Shown here piece after piece: positions 43,669 to 53,126 of a stretch of DNA of 64,000 nt. The notes beneath the pieces were generated by a model, which saw nothing but the letters and a program-made list of their open reading frames with translations, did no database searches and was not told the origin of the DNA. Origin of the DNA: Candidatus Peribacteraceae bacterium (GTDB lineage Bacteria > Patescibacteriota > Gracilibacteria > Peribacterales > Peribacteraceae); contig JAQVMB010000003.1 in assembly GCA_028703835.1 (NCBI GenBank), positions 5,493 through 69,492 of the forward strand, in the 5' to 3' direction. The translations under genes and the position numbers were made by a program. Position 1 is the first letter of the stretch; the number at the start of each line of letters is the position of its first letter.

Positions 43669-43816
43669 TGAACCAGAGCTCGCTTCGCTCGCTCGGTTCA
43701 TGGCAAGCCACCCCTTACACACGCCAAACACTCGAGGCGCTCTTGGTTCCAGGCAACGCCATCATACTTCATTCAATGCTCTCTGCATGCCGAACTGTGC
43801 AGGAATTGACGGCGGA

Positions 43817-46114
43817 TCATTCATCTCCCGCAAGCCTTCGTCGCAGTTGTTCATTGGAAGGAAGCCTGTCCGGAGAGACCGTCCGCTTCCTCCAAATCTC
43901 CCGCAGCAGGTCCAGGTACGCAGGGTCCGTTTGCAGCCTGTCTACGAAAATTTTTGCGCTCTCGAGGAAGCGGCTCTGTTTTTGGTTGGCTGCAAATGCA
44001 AAGATGGCCGTAACAAATATATCTTCGCCCCCCGTCACTTCCGAGCGCACCTCATCCTGCACGGCATCCATAATGCTGTCGACATCCAATCCTGCGAGGA
44101 ACTTCAGGTCCTCCGCAGTACCCGAGGGGAAGTAGTGGTTCACGCCGAGGCGGCGCAAGGAAGCGGGGAGCTGGAAATCCGCGATGACATCTGCAACTTG
44201 CGAAGCAAGTCCGCCTTCACTGTGGTGATCTTCCACCACGATGAGATGCATCGTTTCCAATGCGGCCTGGAGAATCGCCGAAGCATCCAGCGGGCGGATG
44301 CAGGAGACGTTGAGGACGCGCACCTGGATCTTCTCTTCTGCCAGAAGCCGGTCGGCGGCTTTCACGGCGTCATGCACGGTGATGCCCGTGGCGATGATCG
44401 TCGCGCGGTCGGAGACGTCGCCCGCGCCGCGCACGATGTCGATCTTTCCGTCGAAGACGTAGTCCTTGCCGTAGAGGACGTGCCCCTCCGGCGTCTTCAG
44501 TTGCTCGTGGCCGGTACGCGCGAAGAATGTGTAGACGCTCTGCTCACCCTCCGCCACCAATTGCATGGCCCGTTCAGCCGTCGCCCCCGCTTGGTTCGAA
44601 TCGGCCGGCATCCACACTTGCGTGCGATCGAAGGGAATATTCAGGTAATTGCGGTCCTGGTGCGTTTCGCCGTCTTCCCCGACGGACAATCCCGCGTGCG
44701 TACAATCGTGGAGAACGGAGCAAGGGATATGTCCGGCATTGATATCGATGAGCCGCGCATTCGCCCTGGCCTCATTCGTGCCGAAGGCTGCGAAGGTGTA
44801 CGTGAGCGGAAGGAAGCCTGCCTGCCGCATTCCCGACGCCATCATGTACATGTTCGCTTCCGCGGCGCCGCAGTTGATGACGCGGCCGGGGAACTCCTTC
44901 TCGACGACGTTGAAGCCCCCGGATCCGGCCAAATCCCCGTGAAGGACAACGATACGCGGATCCGCTTTCATTAAATTCTTCAGGTGCACCGCGCCGAAAT
45001 CCGTGCGTGCCGCGCCTTTCTCCGTCGTGATGATACGGTCGACGGGAGCAGGCGGGGGGAGGGGAGTGGAAGCGGGAGGGGCGCCTTCATAGCGCTGCTG
45101 CAAGCGGAGACGGTGCTTCTCATACTTCTGCGTCACTTCCGCCAGGGGGGGAAGATTCTTCAGTTCCTTCTCCGCGTCGGGATCTTTCATCGGGGAGCCG
45201 TGGAAAGCGGCGGAACCCTTGTTCGCAGCCGCTTCCATGGTGGGGATGCCGTGCCCCATCGTCGTGTAGTAACAGACGAACACCGGACGACCGTTACCGG
45301 CCAGGGTATCCGCCGCATCCAATCCCGCTTCCACCTGCGCGGGGTCATTGCCATTCTGCACTTCCACGACCGCCCATCCCATGGATTGGAATATCGCTGC
45401 GATGTCCGATGCCGCGACTGTCGACGGGATCCCCGACAATTGGATGTCATTGATATCACCGTGTACGACGAGCCTGTCCGTACCGAGCTTGCTCGCCTGA
45501 CGCGCCGCTTCCAAGACCTGCCCCTCCTGCGAGTCGCCGTCGCCGATGAGGACGTCGGTGAAGCCGGTTTTCCCTAGCATCTTCCATCCCAGCGCATGGC
45601 CGAGACCGTTACTCATGCCTTTCCCGAGCGGGCCGAAGCCGAACGGAATGTCGCCGATGCCCGCTTCCACGTGTCCGGGGAGTCCGTCCGGCACTCGGAA
45701 TGCGTCGATGATGGCTTGCGGGGACGCGAGGCGGGGATCGCGGATGCCGCGGCCTCCCAAGTACTGCAATCCGTACGCGAGGACGGAAAGATGGCCGGCG
45801 CTCATGCGCAGGGCGGCGTCCTTCTGCGGATCACGCCGTCGCAGGAGCGCGTAGGCGAACGTGAAGGCGGAAAGCGGCCCGCCCGGATGCCCGGACTTGT
45901 GCTTCCGCGGCGCTTCGATGGCCAGATGCATCAGGATCTTGTGTGCCAAGTCGTACGCTTCCGTTTCGTCGGAGGTGAGCGTCTTCGCTTCATCCGGCCC
46001 TATCCAAATGCGGGGCGTTTGTGATTCTGCGGCGAGGATGCGCTGCGCGGAAAGGGGGACGACGGAGGGATCCTGCCCGACGAGCGTGTGTGGATCAGGA
46101 CGAGAGTGCGGCAT
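43817..46114 (-). CDS. tkt: transketolase (single-chain, with linker insert and ~100-aa C-terminal extension)
   Basis: ORF 43817..46240, read from the ATG at 46114. HPGGPLS, GDGDSQEG (TPP/Mg motif) and the Pyr domain ...GEDGETHQ... are present, followed by a C-terminal domain and an extra tail. Confidence 0.88.
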   Translation of the reverse strand: MPHSRPDPHTLVGQDPSVVPLSAQRILAAESQTPRIWIGPDEAKTLTSDETEAYDLAHKILMHLAIEAPRKHKSGHPGGPLSAFTFAYALLRRRDPQKDAALRMSAGHLSVLAYGLQYLGGRGIRDPRLASPQAIIDAFRVPDGLPGHVEAGIGDIPFGFGPLGKGMSNGLGHALGWKMLGKTGFTDVLIGDGDSQEGQVLEAARQASKLGTDRLVVHGDINDIQLSGIPSTVAASDIAAIFQSMGWAVVEVQNGNDPAQVEAGLDAADTLAGNGRPVFVCYYTTMGHGIPTMEAAANKGSAAFHGSPMKDPDAEKELKNLPPLAEVTQKYEKHRLRLQQRYEGAPPASTPLPPPAPVDRIITTEKGAARTDFGAVHLKNLMKADPRIVVLHGDLAGSGGFNVVEKEFPGRVINCGAAEANMYMMASGMRQAGFLPLTYTFAAFGTNEARANARLIDINAGHIPCSVLHDCTHAGLSVGEDGETHQDRNYLNIPFDRTQVWMPADSNQAGATAERAMQLVAEGEQSVYTFFARTGHEQLKTPEGHVLYGKDYVFDGKIDIVRGAGDVSDRATIIATGITVHDAVKAADRLLAEEKIQVRVLNVSCIRPLDASAILQAALETMHLIVVEDHHSEGGLASQVADVIADFQLPASLRRLGVNHYFPSGTAEDLKFLAGLDVDSIMDAVQDEVRSEVTGGEDIFVTAIFAFAANQKQSRFLESAKIFVDRLQTDPAYLDLLREIWRKRTVSPDRLPSNEQLRRRLAGDE

Positions 46115-46451
46115 GCGCCGAGTGTATGGCTCCGTGTCCCGTTCGTAAAGAATCAGAGGGGCTTGCAGGCGCGCCTGCGATGCACAGGGAAACCTGCTGC
46201 AACGCCGCAAGCCTCTTGTCGATAAGCCGCCCCGGATCACCCGAAGCTTTCAGGACATGCAATGCTTGTTGGCGTACCAGGAGCGCTTCATGGAGCGCAT
46301 GCTGTGTCTCCCCTCCGAATAAGACGTGCAACGCCAAGCGGTACCGGTCATGGAGCGTCAAGACAGTGCAACCGTTCCGCATCATTTCATCACTGTGGTG
46401 CAGGGCGATGTTCTCGCCGCAGCCGACCAGGATGTCCGCAAAGGTCCGCAT
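46095..46451 (-). CDS. hypothetical helical protein
   Basis: 118-aa ORF with an ATG start: MRTFADILVGCGENIALHHSDEMMRNGCTVLTLHDRYRLALHVLFGGETQHALHEALLVRQQALHVLK. Its tail overlaps the tkt start by 20 nt. Confidence 0.35.
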   Translation of the reverse strand: MRTFADILVGCGENIALHHSDEMMRNGCTVLTLHDRYRLALHVLFGGETQHALHEALLVRQQALHVLKASGDPGRLIDKRLAALQQVSLCIAGAPASPSDSLRTGHGAIHSAHAALSS

Positions 46452-46487
46452 GAAATTGAAGTATACGACGACAGCATCATGCGTCCA

Positions 46488-47282
46488 TCACGGTTCGATG
46501 ATGAGCATCGCCTTTCGCCCTTCCCGGACCGTTTCTTTGACGCCCGTCCAATCATGGATGGCGGTGAGAAGGATGTCTTTGTCATACCGGTAGCGTTCAC
46601 CGCGCCGCGTGCCGGGGTCATTGACGATGAAATGGTCCTTGTCATACCCGATGATCACGAGCATGTGGTACCAGGGACCGTCGCCGCTGAAGAACGGGTT
46701 GCCGAGATCTCTTCCCGCAGCGGGGACGATGACGGGTTTCCCCGTACGAAGAATACCTTCCAAGGATTCCCTCGTGACGTCCGTCCGGACGGACGCCGAA
46801 AGGCCGAACCGTTCCCGAGCGATGGCCGCGAGTTGTTCCACGGTCACGTCATCGGGAAAATCCCTCTCTTGCTCCCACGCGATGAGCGCTTGCAACCGGT
46901 CTTCCGCGCCTTGGCGATCCAGCGGTTCGCCCAAAATATAGTGCATAACCATCAGGAGTGACATTTCTTCGCACGCCTCTTCATGCAAGGCGTCCCAGAG
47001 GGCGAACGGGGCTTGCGGCGAAAACGGCACGTCGATGAGGACGCTGGAGGGCATAGAAGACGATGACGGCGTTACGGGCGCAATCCCTCTGTCTGAAGAA
47101 AGGAAACCGCTTCCTGCGGCGGACGAGGCACGGCTGTCCGCAGGTGACCGGTACAACACTTCCATTTGCCGCGGGTCCGCGGGCACCGGCTCCCCCGTGC
47201 ACCCCCACAGAAGCAGTGCGAAGCCGCAAACAATGACACGACGCATGGCCGGAGCGTACCGCAACGGCGTCTTCTTGCCCAT
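46488..47282 (-). CDS. peptidase C39-like domain lipoprotein
   Basis: ORF 46488..47360, read from the ATG at 47282. ...VIVCGFALLLWGC contains a lipobox. HEEACEEMSLLMV (Cys), WYHMLVIIGYD (His) and VNDP fit C39_2-like papain-fold peptidases. Confidence 0.6.
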   Translation of the reverse strand: MGKKTPLRYAPAMRRVIVCGFALLLWGCTGEPVPADPRQMEVLYRSPADSRASSAAGSGFLSSDRGIAPVTPSSSSMPSSVLIDVPFSPQAPFALWDALHEEACEEMSLLMVMHYILGEPLDRQGAEDRLQALIAWEQERDFPDDVTVEQLAAIARERFGLSASVRTDVTRESLEGILRTGKPVIVPAAGRDLGNPFFSGDGPWYHMLVIIGYDKDHFIVNDPGTRRGERYRYDKDILLTAIHDWTGVKETVREGRKAMLIIEP

Positions 47283-47354
47283 TTTCTCCCGTAAACGCTG
47301 TACAGCATCCGCGAAAGGAACGATCATGATCGCTTCACACATTCCCCAGACACT

Positions 47355-48479
47355 ATGCACAAGAGTATTCCATCATTGCTGATGTTCCTGACGCTCCCGT
47401 TGTCTGCGGCGGCCGCCGTGACCGATCCGGTCATCGTCACGGTGGAAGGCCAAACGGTCGTCCTGACCGATGTCGCTTCCGACCGGTGGTATGCCACGTT
47501 CATCCGTGATGCCGTCGCATCGGAAATCGTCAGCGGGTATCGGGACGAAGAAGGCAACCCCACGGGCAAGTTCGGGCCCGCCGACGACGTGACGATCTCA
47601 CAGGCGTTGAAGATCGCCGTACTCGGCGCGGGATACGATCCGGACCGCTTCCCCGCCGTGGAAACCGACCTCGGCGCACATTGGGTCCTGCCGTACCTGT
47701 CGGTTGCCTCTTCGGAGGAATTCACGTTATTCGACCAGCGCATTGCCATAGACCGTCCCGCCACACGGGCGGAAGTGGCGAGCCTTTTCGCGGACGCCTT
47801 CCGCATCGATACCGAGACATCCGTCGGCAACAGATATGACGACGTCGGCTTCTCCACTCCCTACGCATTTCCCATCGAAGCCCTCAGCAGGGACGGCGTC
47901 CTCAACGGTGACACGGATGACCGCGGCAATCCTGTCGGTCGTTTCCGGCCGATGAGTTTCATCAACAGGGCGGAAGTGACCAAGATGATCATGGTGGCCC
48001 GTTCCAAATACGGCATGCCGGGCGAAGGCAGAGGAGAAACGCAGTCGTCCTCGTCGTTCACCTCCTCGGCACGCTCGTCATCCTCATCAAGCAGGTCATC
48101 CTTGTCATCTGCATCGTCATTCTCTTCCTCTTCCGCCTCATCGCATTCAGGTTCGTCACGTTCCGGCCTCAGCAGCAGCGCGGTTTCTTCGTCGGCCTCA
48201 TCGGTCTTGTCCGCAACCGTCACGCTGACCGATGCCGGCTTCTCCCCGTCCGAGTTGCGGATCCAGGCGGGCGCCACCGTACGATTCCGGAACGATTCCT
48301 CGGGACTGATGCGTATCGTTTCCGATCCCCACCCCGCCCATACGGATTTCCCGGCGCTCGACGCTCTGCAGAATTACAACCCCGGCGAAAGCTTCTATTT
48401 CACGTTTGCCCAGCAAGGGACTTGGGGATACCACAACGAAACGACGCCGACGACAGGGGGAACGGTCGTCGTCGAATAA
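47355..48479 (+). CDS. secreted SLH-domain protein with Ser-rich linker and C-terminal cupredoxin-like domain
   Basis: Signal peptide MHKSIPSLLMFLTLPLSAAAA. SLH-like repeats (SGYRDEEGNPTGKFGPADDVTISQALKI; NGDTDDRGNPVGRFRPMSFINRAEVTKMI). Poly-Ser linker. C-terminal TVTLTDAGFSPSELRIQAGATVRFRNDS...GGTVVVE. Confidence 0.7.
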   Translation: MHKSIPSLLMFLTLPLSAAAAVTDPVIVTVEGQTVVLTDVASDRWYATFIRDAVASEIVSGYRDEEGNPTGKFGPADDVTISQALKIAVLGAGYDPDRFPAVETDLGAHWVLPYLSVASSEEFTLFDQRIAIDRPATRAEVASLFADAFRIDTETSVGNRYDDVGFSTPYAFPIEALSRDGVLNGDTDDRGNPVGRFRPMSFINRAEVTKMIMVARSKYGMPGEGRGETQSSSSFTSSARSSSSSSRSSLSSASSFSSSSASSHSGSSRSGLSSSAVSSSASSVLSATVTLTDAGFSPSELRIQAGATVRFRNDSSGLMRIVSDPHPAHTDFPALDALQNYNPGESFYFTFAQQGTWGYHNETTPTTGGTVVVE

Positions 48480-48671
48480 GGGTCCAAGAATTCAGGATTG
48501 CATGAAAAGAAGGTGGATTCCAAGGATCATGATGCCAATGGCCCTTGGAATCTGTCATGTGTGTTCGTTTCTGTATTCCTGAAATCATGAAATCCTGCAA
48601 TCCTTGAGTCACACATGGATTCTCCCGCAATCCCGGAGCATACTGTCCGCGTCATTCCCTTCCGCTCCCCC

Positions 48672-49313
48672 ATGAAACTTTTCCTTGATACGGCCAATGT
48701 CGCCCACGTCGCCGAAATCGCCTCGTGGGGCGTCCTCGACGGCGTCACCACGAATCCCAGCCTGGTGGCCAAAGAAGGGAAGGACTTCAAGCAGACGGTC
48801 CTGGAAATGTGCAAGCTCGTTCCGTGCGTGAGCGCGCAAGTGACCGCCGCGGATGCCCCGGGCATGATGGAACAGGGGGAAGAATACGCGGGCTGGCACA
48901 AGCATGTGGTGGTGAAAGTGCCGATGACAACGGAAGGCTTGAAGGCGCTCACGCATTTCAAATCCAAAGGCATCAAGACGAATACGACGCTTGTTTTTTC
49001 CGTCACGCAGGCGATCCTCGCGGCCAAGGCCGGGGCGACGATCATCAGCCCCTTCGTGGGGCGCATCGATGATACGGGAGAAAACGGCATGGCGCTCATC
49101 GCCGACATCATGCGTGCGTGGGAGCACTACGGTTTCGACTGCGAGGTGCTCGTCGCATCCACGCGCAATACGGAACACATCACGGAAGCGGCGCGGCTCG
49201 GTGCCCACATCTGCACCATCCCGTACGCGGTTTTCAAAGAACTCCCGCAGCATCCGCTCACGGATACGGGCTTGAAGAAGTTCCAGGATGATTGGGAGAA
49301 GGTGAAAAAATGA
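48672..49313 (+). CDS. tal: transaldolase (short, Fsa/TalC type)
   Basis: Internal ATG of ORF 48615..49313. MKLFLDTANVAHVAEIASWGVLDGVTTNPSL...VKVP...ISPFVGR. Confidence 0.92.
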   Translation: MKLFLDTANVAHVAEIASWGVLDGVTTNPSLVAKEGKDFKQTVLEMCKLVPCVSAQVTAADAPGMMEQGEEYAGWHKHVVVKVPMTTEGLKALTHFKSKGIKTNTTLVFSVTQAILAAKAGATIISPFVGRIDDTGENGMALIADIMRAWEHYGFDCEVLVASTRNTEHITEAARLGAHICTIPYAVFKELPQHPLTDTGLKKFQDDWEKVKK

Positions 49314-50737
49314 GAGAGAAGGTGCACACTGTCCGCATGATCAACCACATAGGCGTCATCGGTCTCGGTACCATGGGCGCGAATCTCGCACGGAATGCCG
49401 CCCGCAACGGCGCGACGGTCGCCGTTTTCAACAGAACCGGCGTAAAGACCGAAACATTCATCAAAGAACATGGGAAGGAAGGAACATTCCTGGCTTGTCA
49501 TACGGCGAAGGAATTTTGCATGAAGCTTCCTCAACCGCGCGCGCTTCTGCTGATGGTCAAAGCCGGCGAAGCGGTGGACGACATGATTGCCGAGCTGACG
49601 CCGCATCTTGAGCGCGATGACATTCTCATCGACGGAGGCAACAGCCACTACGCGGATACCGAACGGCGTTGCCGTGAACTCGCGAAGCACGGCATCCGCT
49701 TCGTCGGCATGGGCGTAAGCGGAGGCGAGAAAGGCGCGCTCGAAGGACCGAGCATGATGCCGGGCGGCGATCCCGAAGCCGTGGAACTCCTGCTTCCTCT
49801 TTTGCGCACGATGGCTGCGGATGACGGGGAAGGCGGAAAATGCGTGGCGTATATGGGACCGGGAGGAGCCGGCCACTTCGTGAAGATGGTGCATAACGGC
49901 ATCGAGTACGGCGTGATGCAGCTGATCGCGGAGGCGTACGCCATTCTTCAAAGTATGGGCTTGGATCAAGCGAAGATCGCGACGACAGTGAAGGGCTGGA
50001 ACACGGGTGACCTTCAAAGCTATCTCATCGAAATCACCGCAAAGGTTCTGGCGAAGAAAGATCCGGAAACGGGAAAGTATCTGGTCGAGCTGATCAAGGA
50101 CGAAGCGGGACAGAAAGGGACGGGACGATGGACCGTGGAAGCGGCGATGCGATACGGAACGTCCGTTCCCGTGATGACGGCAGCGGTGGAGGCGCGCGAG
50201 CTCTCGGCACATCGGGAGCATCGAGTGAAGCGGAGCGAAACATTCCCTTCTGCAACGATGGAGACGTCGATGGAGCCGTTCGGAACGGACGCCGTCAAGT
50301 CGGCTCTGACATTGGCGACGATCGCAACGTATGGACAGGGTTTCGAATTACTCGACGCTGCGTCGAAAGAAGAAGGATGGTCCCTGTCATTGGCGGAGAT
50401 CGTACGCATCTGGCGGGGAGGCTGCATCATCCGTTCCTCGCTCCTCGGAACCCTCCAAGAAATCTATCAAGAAAAGGAAACGACACAGAAGAAACTGAAA
50501 CGAGAATGCCTGAAGCGATTCGAAGGGCAACCACAGCTCTCTTGGCGTATCACGACGGCGTACGCGATCAGCCGCGGGATCCCGGCGCCCGCCCTCGCCG
50601 CTTCCATCGCATACTATGACACCCTTCGTGCCGCATCACTCCCGCAGAACCTGATCCAGGCGCAGCGGGATTTCTTCGGCGCGCATACGTACGAACGGAC
50701 GGACAAGGACGGCGCATTCCATACCGAATGGGAGTAA
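49310..50737 (+). CDS. gnd: 6-phosphogluconate dehydrogenase, decarboxylating
   Basis: IGVIGLGTMGANLARNAARNG..., GGNSHY, GVSGGE. The ATG at 49310 overlaps the tal stop (ATGA). An alternative start is at 49337. Confidence 0.92.
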   Translation: MREKVHTVRMINHIGVIGLGTMGANLARNAARNGATVAVFNRTGVKTETFIKEHGKEGTFLACHTAKEFCMKLPQPRALLLMVKAGEAVDDMIAELTPHLERDDILIDGGNSHYADTERRCRELAKHGIRFVGMGVSGGEKGALEGPSMMPGGDPEAVELLLPLLRTMAADDGEGGKCVAYMGPGGAGHFVKMVHNGIEYGVMQLIAEAYAILQSMGLDQAKIATTVKGWNTGDLQSYLIEITAKVLAKKDPETGKYLVELIKDEAGQKGTGRWTVEAAMRYGTSVPVMTAAVEARELSAHREHRVKRSETFPSATMETSMEPFGTDAVKSALTLATIATYGQGFELLDAASKEEGWSLSLAEIVRIWRGGCIIRSSLLGTLQEIYQEKETTQKKLKRECLKRFEGQPQLSWRITTAYAISRGIPAPALAASIAYYDTLRAASLPQNLIQAQRDFFGAHTYERTDKDGAFHTEWE

Positions 50738-50747
50738 CCTAGCAGCC

Positions 50748-51281
50748 ATGATTTTCTCGCCTCTGCCCGGCACGCCGCTCATCACCCAAGGGTTTGGCCA
50801 GAATCCGGATCTCTATGCGCCGTACGGGTATGCCGGTCATAACGGCTTCGATTTCGGCGTGCCGGAAGGGACGCCCGTCTTCGCCCCGCATGACGGCGTC
50901 GCCGCCGTGAAAGACGACGGGCCGAACGGATACGGTTTGTACATCGTCATCGAGGCGCCGAACCGCCGCAGCATCCTTGCACACCTGTCGCAGACGACGC
51001 TCGTGAACGGCCAAACCGTGTACCAAGGCGATCCGATTGCGGCGAGTGGATCCTCCGGAACCGGTACCGGCCCGCACCTCCATTGGACGTTCAAGATCCT
51101 GAAGAATGGCGCCGTCCAGAACAAATCCAACGGCTACGACGGCGCGATGGACGTTTCGGAATTGACGCGCCTGCGGCTCCCGCAGGATTTGCATGCGGAT
51201 GCGCTGTACGCCGGCGACGCAACACCGTACCTTTCCGCGGTTTTCGCCGCCGATCAAGTCCTGCACAGGGTCGTATCATGA
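50748..51281 (+). CDS. M23-family metallopeptidase
   Basis: HNGFDF (HxxxD) and GPHLHW (HxH) motifs. Confidence 0.8.
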   Translation: MIFSPLPGTPLITQGFGQNPDLYAPYGYAGHNGFDFGVPEGTPVFAPHDGVAAVKDDGPNGYGLYIVIEAPNRRSILAHLSQTTLVNGQTVYQGDPIAASGSSGTGTGPHLHWTFKILKNGAVQNKSNGYDGAMDVSELTRLRLPQDLHADALYAGDATPYLSAVFAADQVLHRVVS

Positions 51282-51322
51282 GAAATTCTGTCCCCATAGA
51301 GAACGAACCCCCGACGATATCG

Positions 51323-52204
51323 TCAGTTTGATGTCGGTGATGCGTCCAGTGCCAGCATCGCCGCACCGCGCGTCGCGGCATCGTCCAGCATTCTGATGGC
51401 GAGGGAGGGGAGGGGAGTGCCGGGCAACGTCCAACGTGCGAGTTCTTTCCCTATGGCAGGCAAGAACGGACGCAGCGCCCTGCCCGTGCTGCCGCCGAAG
51501 ACGATGATCGAGGGGTTCAGGAAATGCGTCAGGTTCGTGCAGAGCCAAGCGGTTTCGAGCACGACGTGCGGGTGGAGGAACGCGCATGCCTCACCCGCGA
51601 GCAGGTCATCGGGTTTCTCGGCCGCCGCACAACGTTTCCTCATGGCGGTTCCGGAGAGGAATTGCTCCGTCTCGCCGCGCTTTTCGTCCGTTTCGTACGG
51701 AGGGAGACCCGGGACAAGGAGCGTATGGCCGATTTCCCCGGCGCAGCCGTCCGCGCCCGCGTAGAGCTTGCCGTCGATGACGATGCCGCCGCCCACGCCC
51801 GTCCCCATCGTGACGCCCACGACGACGCGCAAACCTTTTCCCGCACCCGCGCGCGCTTCCCCGAGCGCGAAACACTGAGAATCGTTCCCGACAGCGACTT
51901 TCATGCCCAATCGTTCCGAAAGGAGGTCCCGCAGGGGGAACCCGTCGCCGCCTTCGATGTTGGGAATGCGGAGAATGGACCCGTTCCCTTGCGAAACGAG
52001 GCCGGGTACGCCGATGCCGCACGCGACCGTATCTGGGCGTTTCCAAGCGGACGCGTGGCGAATGACGTCGTCCACGACGGCTGCGAACCCTCTCTCGCGC
52101 TCCGTCGGCACCCGTTCCGACCGCAAGAGTTCCAGCGTCGACGCATCGTACAAGCCGTAGAGTACTTTCGTGCCGCCGATATCGATACCGAGGACGGTCT
52201 CCAT
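51323..52204 (-). CDS. ROK-family sugar kinase (glucokinase-like)
   Basis: ORF 51323..52291, read from the ATG at 52204. METVLGIDIGGTK..., GVPG, GCAGEIGH. Confidence 0.8.
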   Translation of the reverse strand: METVLGIDIGGTKVLYGLYDASTLELLRSERVPTERERGFAAVVDDVIRHASAWKRPDTVACGIGVPGLVSQGNGSILRIPNIEGGDGFPLRDLLSERLGMKVAVGNDSQCFALGEARAGAGKGLRVVVGVTMGTGVGGGIVIDGKLYAGADGCAGEIGHTLLVPGLPPYETDEKRGETEQFLSGTAMRKRCAAAEKPDDLLAGEACAFLHPHVVLETAWLCTNLTHFLNPSIIVFGGSTGRALRPFLPAIGKELARWTLPGTPLPSLAIRMLDDAATRGAAMLALDASPTSN

Positions 52205-52327
52205 GGCGCCACTGTACCACAGCGTGCCGCCCATCCTCACGACGAATTGCTGGTTCGATGGACGGGACTTTTGGTATACTGCATTCCTCACCGATTTCCA
52301 GAGGTTGAGTACGGTTCTCTCCCGAGC

Positions 52328-52846
52328 ATGGCACGTTCATCCCCCACACCGGAAGAAGAGCTGGCCGATGCGTACGGCAAGTATGCCGATGCCATATTTC
52401 GACACTGCTATTTCCGCGTGTTTGACCGTGAGCGCGGGAAGGAGCTGATGCAGGAAACGTTCATGCGCGCGTGGACGTATGTGGCGGACGGCAAGAAGAA
52501 GAAAGTGGAAAACATGCGGGCATTCCTCTACCGGATCGCGAATAACCTCATCGTCGACGAAGTGCGCAAGAAGAAGGAACTGTCGTTGGATGAACTGCAG
52601 AAAGGAGGGTGGGATCCCGGCTATGACGGCCTTGCGGACATGCAAAAGAAAGTCGAACAGAACAAAATTTTCTCCCTCTTGCATAAGGTGCCCCGTGACT
52701 ACCGCGAAGTGCTGGTGATGCGGTACATCGACGGCCTGACCCCCGCGGAAATCGCCGAGATTCTCGGGGAATCACCCAATGCCGTGTCGGTGCGCCTCCA
52801 CCGCGGAATCAAGCAACTCCATGCGCTCATGGGAGGGGGGCATTGA
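52328..52846 (+). CDS. ECF-type sigma-70 family RNA polymerase sigma factor
   Basis: Internal ATG within ORF 51524..52846. Region 2 (AIFRHCYFRVFDRERGKELMQETFMRAW) and region 4 (YREVLVMRYIDGLTPAEIAEILGESPNAVSVRLHRGIKQL). Confidence 0.85.
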   Translation: MARSSPTPEEELADAYGKYADAIFRHCYFRVFDRERGKELMQETFMRAWTYVADGKKKKVENMRAFLYRIANNLIVDEVRKKKELSLDELQKGGWDPGYDGLADMQKKVEQNKIFSLLHKVPRDYREVLVMRYIDGLTPAEIAEILGESPNAVSVRLHRGIKQLHALMGGGH

Positions 52847-52880
52847 TGCTTCAACGTTCCGCGCCATCCTTCTTCATCAC

Positions 52881-53060
52881 GTCATTCCCCGTGGTTTGAT
52901 ACCCCGAAGCTTGCTTCGGTTCCTTGTTTTCCCGCGGGACCATGACGCTGTTTTCTACCCCACCCCGCTCACTCCGTTCGCACCCCTCCCCATGACGGGG
53001 AGGGGTTGGATGTTCTTCTGCCGCCGGATACCGCTTCAGCTTGCTGCGCGGTAGTTCATT
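52881..53060 (+). repeat. dispersed ~185-bp hairpin-rich repeat, copy 2
   Basis: See copy 1 (3171-3359). Inserted between the sigma factor stop and the DUF5667 gene start. Confidence 0.8.
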
Positions 53061-53126
53061 TCCGTCGGTCCAATCAAATACACATCGTTGTAAGCCGGGT
53101 TCGCGGCAGTCGTCTACTACTCGTAG

